Shown here: one piece after another, positions 46,669 through 55,542 of the stretch | Position numbering within the stretch: position 1 is the first letter of the stretch | Layout: the number at the start of each line of letters is the position of its first letter | Origin: an uncultured Candidatus Saccharibacteria bacterium | GTDB lineage: Bacteria; Patescibacteriota; Minisyncoccia; UBA6257; 1-14-0-10-40-38 | Direction of reading: 5' to 3' | NCBI GenBank assembly: GCA_964434715.1 | Contig: CAYSWC010000001.1 | Location: forward strand, 35,037 to 99,036 | DNA: 64,000 nt | Program-made: the position numbers and the translations under genes | The notes under the pieces: generated by a model | The model's input: the letters and a program-made list of their open reading frames with translations, nothing else | Database searches by the model: none | What the model was told of the DNA's origin: nothing

Positions 46669-47685
46669 TTAAGAGGGGTGGAGTATGTTTTTAATGTCAC
46701 TGCTTACTTTTTCCATCAGCTTAGCGGGAATGGCCTGATGAATAGGGAGCCAGGCAACCTTGACGAACCCCGGATTTAAAAGATTCCGGTGTTCATCAAA
46801 ATGATAGATACCTGAATATATTCGCGAATCCCGGATAACTTGAACGAGGCGTGAAAGTTTATCCAGGGCGGCGCGAATAGGAACCACATAAGGAAGCGCG
46901 TCTTCGGGAAGTGAATCAATCCAAGGATCGCCCTTCAAGACCCGTTTTACAATACTATAGTTCTCTTGACGACGCTTAAGAGTATCAAGACCGCCGGCAA
47001 TAAGATTTTGTACAGTTCTCGTCATGGCAGTGTGGTATCCATATAGAGCATAAGATGTTTTTAACAATTCTTCCGCCAAAGGAGAACGGCGACTAGCTTC
47101 ATGAAAATACTTACTCCAGAAACAAAAAAGACCATAAAGCTTACGCAGGACCCGGAGGCGATCCAAGAAATAACCGCGCGCCTCCTGGTCTTGAGTAACA
47201 ATGGCGCCACCCATAAGCGAGGGCAGAAATTTGGAGAAACTGAATATTCCATAATCACCAATGGTGCCGACTCTAGAACCTTGATAGCTGGATTCAATCG
47301 CGTGGGCGCAGTCCTCAATAACAATCAGGTTACGCTGACGCGCCGTCTTAAGTATGGCGCCCATATCTTGCGGAAACCCATATTGGTGATACACCCAGAT
47401 CACCTTAGTCCGAGGGGTAAGAACCGAGTTGGGAAACGCATGAGCATGCATGGTTTTATAAACCCAGGCGCCCAGCCATTGGGGAACGAGTATTTCCTCC
47501 GTTCTAGAGGTCAGCCGGCCGCTATAACGCAACCATTCCAAAACAAGATGCATAGCGGCTTTTCCTGAAGAAGCTGGAATAACAAAATACCCCGGCTTCA
47601 CAGCAAAATCTAATGCTTGGCGCTTGGGCAGTAAAAAGTTATAGATAATACTCTTAAGAGACGGCTGTGGAACTTCGTAGAACAT
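46669..47685 (-). CDS. DegT/DnrJ/EryC1/StrS-like PLP enzyme
   Basis: HQYGFPQD, IEDCAH and FSFSKF (PLP Lys) motifs. Confidence 0.8.
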   Translation of the reverse strand: MFYEVPQPSLKSIIYNFLLPKRQALDFAVKPGYFVIPASSGKAAMHLVLEWLRYSGRLTSRTEEILVPQWLGAWVYKTMHAHAFPNSVLTPRTKVIWVYHQYGFPQDMGAILKTARQRNLIVIEDCAHAIESSYQGSRVGTIGDYGIFSFSKFLPSLMGGAIVTQDQEARGYFLDRLRVLRKLYGLFCFWSKYFHEASRRSPLAEELLKTSYALYGYHTAMTRTVQNLIAGGLDTLKRRQENYSIVKRVLKGDPWIDSLPEDALPYVVPIRAALDKLSRLVQVIRDSRIYSGIYHFDEHRNLLNPGFVKVAWLPIHQAIPAKLMEKVSSDIKNILHPS

Positions 47686-47707
47686 AGATATAGATAATGA
47701 GTTTTTA

Positions 47708-47808
47708 CCCCGTTAGAAATCCTACCAGCGCTATCAATGTCCTAAAATAGGTTTGCCGATCAAATGTATTTATGAGGTAATACTTTATCTCTGGGATTTC
47801 TAACGGGG
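47708..47808. repeat. MITE-like element with 15-bp terminal inverted repeats
   Basis: ccccgttagaaatcc 47708-22 and ggatttctaacgggg 47794-808. Confidence 0.8.
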
Positions 47809-47809
47809 C

Positions 47810-48820
47810 TTAGACTCGGCCTATCACATCACACATGGCGCTTAATTCATCATCGGTAACGTATTGATGACAAGGAAACGCCAGACATTTCTTATAATGC
47901 GGATCAAGGATATTACGATTGACATCAAAATGAAGGATGTCGGCTACAATATTCTTGGCTTTAAGCATCGCCCGAGCCGATTCAAGTTTTGACTCTGAGA
48001 AAAAGATAGGGACGCAAAGCGGCACAATATCGCATTCTTCGTCAAGTTCGTCTGGATGATATTGTTTGCCCGCCTGTTTCTTCAAAGTCTTAAATAAATA
48101 TTGTCTTCGAGCGACAGCCGATTTTAAATCAGCTAAGGTCTCGGGAAATCGCCGCAGAGCGGCGGGAGCAACTCGCGGGAAATGAATGCTCTTAATATAG
48201 ACGGCATTTAACAAGAAAGGGGGTTGGCGCAGTAAATAATTCTGCCGCGCCGCCCTAAGCGACAGCTGATCAAACAAACGATGACCCAGCGATTTCGGCT
48301 TAAGTCGGACATCGTTGAGGTGCGAGATAATATCGTCTCGCCTTGAGAGCACCGCGCCGCCCACATAGGTCGGGAAAAATTTCGGCAGACTGACAACGGC
48401 GGCATCCCCAAAAGTACCAACCAGTTCTCCGCGATAAGCACTGCCAAAAGTGTGGGCGCAATCCTCAATGACCAGCCAACCGCGCTTTTTCGCTTGCGCC
48501 ATAATGATATCCATGCGCTGGGGATAACCCCACTGATGAAGCACGAATACGGCTTTGGTGCGCGCATTCGCCTCTTGGACGGCAAATCCCTGCAAATTAA
48601 GTATATAGAGCGCCGAACGACACAGAAAATCAGGAATAAGAATATGGTCGGTACGAAATAAACCAAAATATTTTATGATCTGATAAATGCCGGCCCGAGC
48701 AGAACTCATGGTGGCCGCCTTAATGCCGAAGTGGTCTGAAAGAAGTTTGTCTAATGCCGCTTCCTTGAGGGCGGTGTGTCGGCGAAGGATTTTTTTATTA
48801 TAGGGATAGATGTCAATCAT
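47810..48820 (-). CDS. DegT/DnrJ/EryC1/StrS-like PLP enzyme (tandem paralog)
   Basis: SSARAG, HQWGYPQ, IEDCAH and SLPKFF motifs. Confidence 0.8.
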   Translation of the reverse strand: MIDIYPYNKKILRRHTALKEAALDKLLSDHFGIKAATMSSARAGIYQIIKYFGLFRTDHILIPDFLCRSALYILNLQGFAVQEANARTKAVFVLHQWGYPQRMDIIMAQAKKRGWLVIEDCAHTFGSAYRGELVGTFGDAAVVSLPKFFPTYVGGAVLSRRDDIISHLNDVRLKPKSLGHRLFDQLSLRAARQNYLLRQPPFLLNAVYIKSIHFPRVAPAALRRFPETLADLKSAVARRQYLFKTLKKQAGKQYHPDELDEECDIVPLCVPIFFSESKLESARAMLKAKNIVADILHFDVNRNILDPHYKKCLAFPCHQYVTDDELSAMCDVIGRV

Positions 48821-48828
48821 ATCTTAAA

Positions 48829-49572
48829 TCAATTTATATTTTTCCCAAATAAATTCAAAGCTTTTTTTGCCCATACAAAAGCCGGGGTGGCATAACGACA
48901 CATATAAATATCTCTTACTTCCCCACCAAATGACATTTTAAAGTCCTTAATGCCGCGCTTTGTCGGATCATCGGTAATGCCGGCTAAATCAAAAATTTTC
49001 CTGCTGTTTGCCTTGCCCCATTTTATCGCCTCCCAATTAAGACCCCTGGTCGCCTGAGCGACAATTCGGGGATCAGCTATTACTTTCCGTAGCGACGCAA
49101 TATGCTTGGCTCTGATAATCTCACCATTGTCATAAAAAGACGTGGTCACAATCATTTCACCTTTAAAATAAGCGTTAAAAAAGAGGCAGTGCTTAAATTC
49201 TTCTCTGATATCCGGTCGAGCACCTTCTTCGCGTTTTACTTTTTGATAAAGCGAGTATGATTTGTCAAAATCATTATCTGCTGCCACTAGCTTTAAATCG
49301 GGATTTCTTTCGCCGCGTCTTATGTGTTTTTTACAAGTGTCATTAAATCTCTGAAAAATCTTTTCTAAATCATCCGATAAATCGAAAATTGGCGTCCGCT
49401 GTATTCTTACGTCGAAACCGGGGAGCTCTTCTTTAAGAAACGTATAAATGTGAATATACTGGTATTTTTTCTTTAAATCTTTGGCGTCCTTGCTGGTTAT
49501 CTCTTGAGAAAGAATCCGCGCGTATCGGAAACCGAGGAAAGTTAGATCTTGTATTAAATCTTGTTCTCTCAT
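48829..49572 (-). CDS. FemAB/GNAT-fold (amino)acyltransferase
   Basis: LNWEAIKWGK...FDLAGI...GIKDFKMSFGG FemAB-type C-terminus; start taken at MREQDL. Confidence 0.8.
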   Translation of the reverse strand: MREQDLIQDLTFLGFRYARILSQEITSKDAKDLKKKYQYIHIYTFLKEELPGFDVRIQRTPIFDLSDDLEKIFQRFNDTCKKHIRRGERNPDLKLVAADNDFDKSYSLYQKVKREEGARPDIREEFKHCLFFNAYFKGEMIVTTSFYDNGEIIRAKHIASLRKVIADPRIVAQATRGLNWEAIKWGKANSRKIFDLAGITDDPTKRGIKDFKMSFGGEVRDIYMCRYATPAFVWAKKALNLFGKNIN

Positions 49573-49663
49573 TAAAAGCAACAAACTTGAGTTATCTCGA
49601 ATATATCTAAGAGCGCATTTTATCTCACTACAATACAACCCGGACTTTAGAAAAAAGGTACCA

Positions 49664-51043
49664 TCACCATGCGGCTCGCTCTATAATTTCATCAACTTGG
49701 CGAGAAATAAATTGTCCGATTCTTTGCCCAGCCCGGCCATCCAGTTTCCAGCAGTAATCCCTAAGCATTGCCCCTCTCGCGGTCTCGTCTTTTTTCGGAT
49801 CCTCTAAATAGCCGCGCAGATATTCTAAAAGTTGTTCCTGGCTTTGCGCTGACCGCAGAGCACCGCTTTTAAGTAGCGGAGCTGGATGGTTGTACTCAAC
49901 ACACCGACGCATGCTCAAGTGATATGGTTTGATGCCGTAGCCATCAAAATGAATAATAATGGTCGGCTTGCCAAAAATTGCGGCATCAATACCAATAGAG
50001 GCCCCGGCCGAGACAACTACATCAGCATGATACAGACAATCAGCCAACCATTCCATATCGGCTCGTCCTAATTCTCTATCTCGATAAACATTATCTCCAA
50101 AAAAATGGCCAGGATCATCTAAATAAAAATGTTCGTCGGGTTTAAAGCTGCCGAGTGGAACGAAATCGTTCGGGGTATTACGAATTAAGACGCCGGCGTC
50201 TGGTATTTCCTTATCCTTTATGAACTTCTTCAAAATATCCATGATTTCCCAGTCGGTATCGGTAAAACGCTGGCCCGCGGGCGCTAAAAGAATCAGTTTT
50301 CGATTCGGATCCAAGCCGATTTTTTGGAAAAATTTATCCCGTGGCAGACGCTCACCGACAAGATACCGATCGTAATGGGGAAAGCCGCTCACAAAAATCT
50401 TGGCTGAAGGAACGCGGCTAAACTGATTGGCCTCTTTTTTTATAATCTCGTTCTGAACAATCAAAAAATCCGGTTCGATTCTTAAAACTCCTTTAGTAGT
50501 AAAATTATCCCAAGAGCGAACCATACCGATTGTCTTGATATTGTTTTTCTTAGCCTCGACGAGCAGGTGAACATCGTCATCATTAAATACGTCAGCTGCA
50601 AAAATCAGCAGCGGCCGATATCGCTCAAACAAATGATGATAATAATCCTTGCGCATGGTGAGATAATCACTAAGCTGGGAGAGTTTAATCATACCGGGTA
50701 TTAATCGGATGACCCGCATCAATATAAAAGAAACCCAAAATCTCAATTTTCTGCCGCCTTTGGCTAATTGTTCTTTTTTATGCAAGAGCAAAGTTTGCGA
50801 AGGAACCAAAGAACTATTGATAAATCGGAAAATGGTATCTTGGCGTGATATTTGTCCTGCCTGAACGCCCTGAATAATTACCTGATTATTGCCAATTTCC
50901 TTTTGGAAAAAATCCTTTTTATATTCAGGCACTAAGATCACTATTTTGGAAAGATTTCGAGACAATTCCTTTAATGAGCCGCCAATCAAAACATTCCGTA
51001 AAATAAACGGATTGAAGGCTGAGATAAAAATAGTTTTATCCAT
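49664..51043 (-). CDS. GT-B protein, CDP-glycerol-glycerophosphotransferase-like (paralog 2)
   Basis: SWDNFTTKG, SGFPHYD, SIGIDAAIFGKP and DGRAGQRI motifs. Confidence 0.8.
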   Translation of the reverse strand: MDKTIFISAFNPFILRNVLIGGSLKELSRNLSKIVILVPEYKKDFFQKEIGNNQVIIQGVQAGQISRQDTIFRFINSSLVPSQTLLLHKKEQLAKGGRKLRFWVSFILMRVIRLIPGMIKLSQLSDYLTMRKDYYHHLFERYRPLLIFAADVFNDDDVHLLVEAKKNNIKTIGMVRSWDNFTTKGVLRIEPDFLIVQNEIIKKEANQFSRVPSAKIFVSGFPHYDRYLVGERLPRDKFFQKIGLDPNRKLILLAPAGQRFTDTDWEIMDILKKFIKDKEIPDAGVLIRNTPNDFVPLGSFKPDEHFYLDDPGHFFGDNVYRDRELGRADMEWLADCLYHADVVVSAGASIGIDAAIFGKPTIIIHFDGYGIKPYHLSMRRCVEYNHPAPLLKSGALRSAQSQEQLLEYLRGYLEDPKKDETARGAMLRDYCWKLDGRAGQRIGQFISRQVDEIIERAAW

Positions 51044-51061
51044 AAATGTTATTGGGCTAGC

Positions 51062-51412
51062 TTAATCCTGAACGATGGCAATGGCTATGGCATAATCCTG
51101 TTCATGTGATAAAGAAACTAAAATTTGACTCTTAACCATTGACTCTTGACTCTTGACCCGTGGTCTTCCGTCCTGATCGTTTAAAATCTCGAACTGTTTT
51201 AGCCGGTAAACGCTCTTGCCGAGCGCTTTTAGAACCGCTTCTTTACCAGCAAAACGAGCGGTGAAATGTTCGTAAGGATCAGTTTTGGATAAACAATATT
51301 TGATTTCTCGAGGGGTAAAAATTTTCCTGTAAAAAGACCGGTGGCGTCCGTGGGGCAGTTTCCGAAATCTTTTTACCGCCGCTATATCAATACCGACATT
51401 TTTTATGGTCAT
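51062..51412 (-). CDS. acpS: Holo-ACP synthase
   Basis: VGIDI, IFTPRE, RFAGKEAVLKAL and VSLSHE motifs. Confidence 0.93.
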   Translation of the reverse strand: MTIKNVGIDIAAVKRFRKLPHGRHRSFYRKIFTPREIKYCLSKTDPYEHFTARFAGKEAVLKALGKSVYRLKQFEILNDQDGRPRVKSQESMVKSQILVSLSHEQDYAIAIAIVQD

Positions 51413-52767
51413 ATAAATTCATATAAAAAATTGGCAATACGTTCGCCGGCACGACCATCTAAACGCCAGCCTTGTTCGCGGACTAACCGACTTCTACCAC
51501 CTCTATCAATGGTCGGGTCTTCCAAATAGCGGTTGATGGCTATGATAAATTGTTCTTTGTTTTTAGGGTAAACAATTCCTCCGGAGTTAACGGCATTCTG
51601 ATAATGCGTCATTTGGTAAAAATAAGTCGGGGATTTTGACATCAATTCTTTAGTCCTTACTTCAAAATCAATATTGATGACTGGCTTGTCAAAGACGGCG
51701 GCATCGATACTCATGCTTGAGGCATAACAGATGAAAAGATCGGCGTTTGCCAAAGTGTCGGTAAGACCTTTGATATCGTGAAAACTCATATCCCAATCAA
51801 CGCCGCGCTCGGCGGAGAAACGTATGCCCGGCAGATCATAAACAAGCCAGGGGCGCTTTTTGATCTCTGTCTCATCAGTGAAATCATTAGGCTGAAAGCG
51901 TACGAATAGTTGCGAGTTATGAGTTATGAGTTTATGAGTTATTGCATTATTGAGTAAGTCAATGATATCCCAGTCAGAATTGCTGAAGGCCTTGCCCATC
52001 GGGGCATAAACTATCAATTTTTTACTCGGATCCAATCGCTTCCTCCTAAAAAAGTCGTCGCGGCTTAGTGGCTTATAATTTATATGCCAATCATAGTTGG
52101 GAATACCGGCGATAAAAATATCCTCGCTCTTCATATCGGCATGTTCCTCGGCTTCCTCTCGAACTAAATCATTAAAGACAATTAGCTTGTCCGGAAGGAG
52201 CCTTATCACGCCGCGAGCCGCCGTTAGTTTATCCCAAGAATTGATAAAGCCGATGACTGGAATACCACGATGTTTAGCCTCGCGCAACAAATCAATCTCA
52301 AGATCATCAAAAAGATGAGCTAAAAAAACCAAGTCGGGCTGGTATCTTTCGAGGTGATGTTTAAAAGTTTTGCTGCTTACCAAAAAATAATCCAGCGCCC
52401 GCGTAAGCTTCCTTATCGGACGGTGTGCGAGTATTCGGTTTAAAGCTAGGTTCAAATAATAGCTTAGATAATTATGATTTTCTTCCAGGGCCATACGCCT
52501 TCTTAGGTCAACTGTATCGGTAGCAAGAAGTAAAAATTTCAAACTGGAAAAAAAATTTTCAAACAGATTTTTTTTTCTCTGACCGACAACTTCGTAAAAG
52601 ATATTGGGATTAGAAAATTCCTTCCGGTAATAGGCGGCGCGCTCTGGAGTGCCAACAAAAAAAACAAGCCGCACGTCGCCGCGTTCAATTAGTCGTCTAT
52701 AAATGTCTGTCCGCAGGATGTTTTTTGCTTCAACACCCTGAAAAATCGTGATAAAAATTGTCTTCAT
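51409..52767 (-). CDS. GT-B protein, CDP-glycerol-glycerophosphotransferase-like (paralog 3)
   Basis: SWDKLT, AGIPNYD, SMSIDAAVFDKP and DGRAGERI motifs. Confidence 0.8.
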   Translation of the reverse strand: MKTIFITIFQGVEAKNILRTDIYRRLIERGDVRLVFFVGTPERAAYYRKEFSNPNIFYEVVGQRKKNLFENFFSSLKFLLLATDTVDLRRRMALEENHNYLSYYLNLALNRILAHRPIRKLTRALDYFLVSSKTFKHHLERYQPDLVFLAHLFDDLEIDLLREAKHRGIPVIGFINSWDKLTAARGVIRLLPDKLIVFNDLVREEAEEHADMKSEDIFIAGIPNYDWHINYKPLSRDDFFRRKRLDPSKKLIVYAPMGKAFSNSDWDIIDLLNNAITHKLITHNSQLFVRFQPNDFTDETEIKKRPWLVYDLPGIRFSAERGVDWDMSFHDIKGLTDTLANADLFICYASSMSIDAAVFDKPVINIDFEVRTKELMSKSPTYFYQMTHYQNAVNSGGIVYPKNKEQFIIAINRYLEDPTIDRGGRSRLVREQGWRLDGRAGERIANFLYEFI

Positions 52768-52777
52768 TAGCCGACAA

Positions 52778-53443
52778 TTAACCCTCTAAATCTTGAGGCG
52801 AGGCAAGCGAAGCCCTAGTGGGGCCCAAAACCGCATAGACTGGATAATCTTTAAGGAATTGGTTAAGCATGGAGGAAAGATAATATTCGCCGTCAGGGTG
52901 ACGCCTTGGCCGGTACTTGAAAATATTGGTATCAACCACCATCACGCCGGCCGCCACCAAATCTGATACCGGCCGAGGCGGTTTTTCAATAATTTCTAAA
53001 ATGCGCCCTTGGGTATTCAAAACCATAACAGCGGAGGCGCTGGGATTAGTAACCCGGAAAGCTAAAGTAGTAAATGGCTTGCTCAGGCACTCTTTTATCT
53101 CTCCGGGTTTAGGCAATTCATCGCCGTAGATCACGAGAAATCGTTCTCCCTCGGTGAAAATACCCTCGGCTTTGGAGCGAAGCAGGGCGTGAGCCGTCCC
53201 CCGCGGTGGATCTTGAATAACGTAACGAACTGATCGGCCTTTATAGGAATTGCCGAGGTACTTCTTAATCCGTGCTCCCAAATAACCGATAACTAGAACC
53301 ACTTCATTAACCTCTTTGGGCAAGGCATCAAAAATGTGATCTATTATTCTTTTACCGGAAAACTTTAAGAGGGCTTTGGGGGTCGTGAGCGTAAGCGGTC
53401 TCATCCTTTTACCCTTGCCAGCAGCCAAAATAACAGCTTTCAT
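52778..53443 (-). CDS. Sugar-1-phosphate nucleotidyltransferase
   Basis: ILAAGKGKRMRPLT..PKAL, GTAHAL, YGD and IEKP motifs. Confidence 0.9.
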   Translation of the reverse strand: MKAVILAAGKGKRMRPLTLTTPKALLKFSGKRIIDHIFDALPKEVNEVVLVIGYLGARIKKYLGNSYKGRSVRYVIQDPPRGTAHALLRSKAEGIFTEGERFLVIYGDELPKPGEIKECLSKPFTTLAFRVTNPSASAVMVLNTQGRILEIIEKPPRPVSDLVAAGVMVVDTNIFKYRPRRHPDGEYYLSSMLNQFLKDYPVYAVLGPTRASLASPQDLEG

Positions 53444-53465
53444 AATAAGTAGTGTGTTGATAATA

Positions 53466-54029
53466 TTACTTACGGCTTAAACTTTTTAAAAGCTCGGCCG
53501 CTTCGAGCAGGGTTTTGACCCGATAGTCGCTCGAGATTGATTGATTATAATCCGCATCAATGAGAATTGTTCTGCAGCCGGCTGCTTGTCCGGCCAAAAC
53601 ATCTTTCTCGGTATCGCCGATGAGATAAGAATTTTTAAGATCAATAGACCAAATTTTAGCGGCTTTAAATAAAAGACCCGGCTGGGGTTTGCGGCAAAGA
53701 CAATTGTCAAATCGCGTATGATGACAAATTAAAACGTCATCAAACGGCAACTCTTCAACCCGGGACTGCATTTTCTTCCAATCGTCATAAGTCACCTTAC
53801 CGTAGGCAACATCGGGTTGATTGGTAACCAAGATTTTTAAGAAGGGCAGCTTTTTAAAAAATACGAAGGCTTTCTCGGCATCCTTTACCAGCTTAAACTC
53901 TGAAAGCGTAAACGGCGGCGTGGGCACAGCTTCACCCGGCCGCGTCACTGCCTCAACAATCACGCCGTCCCGATCTAAGAATACGGCGCGCTTGCTACCT
54001 CGGCGATTCTTTGGAAACACACTGCTCAT
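53466..54029 (-). CDS. gmhB: Heptose-bisphosphate phosphatase (HAD-IIIA)
   Basis: FLDRDGVI, TNQP, CHH..CLCRKP and IGD..KD motifs. Confidence 0.9.
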   Translation of the reverse strand: MSSVFPKNRRGSKRAVFLDRDGVIVEAVTRPGEAVPTPPFTLSEFKLVKDAEKAFVFFKKLPFLKILVTNQPDVAYGKVTYDDWKKMQSRVEELPFDDVLICHHTRFDNCLCRKPQPGLLFKAAKIWSIDLKNSYLIGDTEKDVLAGQAAGCRTILIDADYNQSISSDYRVKTLLEAAELLKSLSRK

Positions 54030-54634
54030 GCCTTTTTAAGCGATTCCCATTTGCCCTCATTCACTCGGAATTTCGGATGGGAGACGATGAGATGCCAAAT
54101 AACAGCTTGAAAGCCTTCGGTATGCGGCGTCACGGTTTCCGGATTCACCACCGGAACCACCACGCAGGCGTGAGCTACCTCTTTGGTATAGCCGCCGTCG
54201 CGGCCCACAATACCCAAAATTTTAGCGTCTACTCCGCGCGCGAGCTTGAGCGCCTCAACGATGTTAGCGCTCACATTTTTTTCGACATTGCCGCCGCCCA
54301 CAGAAAAAACCATAATCGCGTCTTTGCTGTTCAATGAGCTGACTCGCAGCCAGTTTGCGAAAACCGTATGCCAGCCTTCATCATTGGTGCGCGCCGTGAG
54401 TTCCGGCACATTGTCAACCGGAGTGTAGGACTCAATGCCGGCGAGCTTGCGGAAATCATTGACCGCGTGACTGGCGTGCCCGGCCCCACCGCCGACTCCT
54501 AGAATAAATAAACGGCCTTTCCCGTCTCTAACGTTCTTCAGTATTCCAATCATGCGATTCAAAGAATCGCGGTCAATCCGGTCAACAATTTCTTTCATTT
54601 CAGAAAAATATTTTTTAATGTAGTCGTGATACAT
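54026..54634 (-). CDS. SIS-domain phosphosugar isomerase (GmhA-like)
   Basis: GVGGGAGHASH, TARTND, FSVGG and GRDGG motifs. Confidence 0.85.
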   Translation of the reverse strand: MYHDYIKKYFSEMKEIVDRIDRDSLNRMIGILKNVRDGKGRLFILGVGGGAGHASHAVNDFRKLAGIESYTPVDNVPELTARTNDEGWHTVFANWLRVSSLNSKDAIMVFSVGGGNVEKNVSANIVEALKLARGVDAKILGIVGRDGGYTKEVAHACVVVPVVNPETVTPHTEGFQAVIWHLIVSHPKFRVNEGKWESLKKA

Positions 54635-54653
54635 GGGATAGAGGCTCTAATTT

Positions 54654-55373
54654 TTAGAGGGTGTAGCCAGCTTGCTTACCATCTTCATAAAACATCTTAA
54701 CTGTATCCAAGGAGAATTCGTGATGGTCATAACCGATCTTATCAATTTTTTTTAAAATATCGTGAATCACGGTCACGATATCGGCGCCAGCTTCATCGGC
54801 ATGATAGATATTCAAGAGCTCACGCGGGCTGGCCCAGAGCAGTTCAACATTATTGTACGGGGCGAGTAATGTTTTGGCTGCTTTCATGATTGGCATTGGA
54901 TCAGCGCCGGTATCGGCAATCCGCCCCGCAAAAACAGAAATTATGGCCGGCACGCTAGCTCGTAAAGCCGGTAGAATATGCTTTACTTGATCTAGGGTCA
55001 AAACGGCGGTGATGTTCAACTTTATACCGTCCGAGGCAAGCTGCTCCACTAAATCGAACGAGGATTCTCGCTTGGTGTTGGTAATAGGAATCTTTACGTA
55101 GACGTTAGGAGCCCAAGAGGTAATGAGGCGCGCCTGCCGCTCCATCTCTAGGAAATCGTCGGAGAAAACTTCGAAAGAAATTGGCTTCTCACGAATTTCA
55201 GCGAGGATCTCTTTGGCAAATTTTGCATAATCCGCCACGCCGGCTTTTTTCATGAGCGTAGGGTTGGTGGTAAACCCTTTAATTAAAGGATTGGCGGCAA
55301 GCGCAAGTATCCCGTCTTTATCGGCGCCATCAGCAAAAATTTTGACTCGGAGATCCTCGAGACGTTTCGTCAT
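54654..55373 (-). CDS. Transaldolase (short TalC/FSA type)
   Basis: FADGAD, GFTTNPTL, YVKIP (Schiff-base Lys), SVFAGRIAD and WASPRE motifs. Confidence 0.93.
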   Translation of the reverse strand: MTKRLEDLRVKIFADGADKDGILALAANPLIKGFTTNPTLMKKAGVADYAKFAKEILAEIREKPISFEVFSDDFLEMERQARLITSWAPNVYVKIPITNTKRESSFDLVEQLASDGIKLNITAVLTLDQVKHILPALRASVPAIISVFAGRIADTGADPMPIMKAAKTLLAPYNNVELLWASPRELLNIYHADEAGADIVTVIHDILKKIDKIGYDHHEFSLDTVKMFYEDGKQAGYTL

Positions 55374-55436
55374 AATAATTAAGATTACGACAAAATTTTT
55401 CTTAGGTCAATCAAGAAAATGCCGTTCTTTTATAAA

Positions 55437-55501
55437 ACCCCGTTACATCCCTATAGGTTTTCCCACCTGCCGACAGGCAGGTTTCTCTGATGTAACGGGG
55501 T
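55437..55501. repeat. Inverted-repeat element with nested hairpin
   Basis: accccgttacatc with gatgtaacggggt; inner acctgcc-gaca-ggcaggt at 55465-82. Confidence 0.8.
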
Positions 55502-55542
55502 AAAACTAAACGGTACTCAAAAAGTTTTCCGGACGGCTATTT

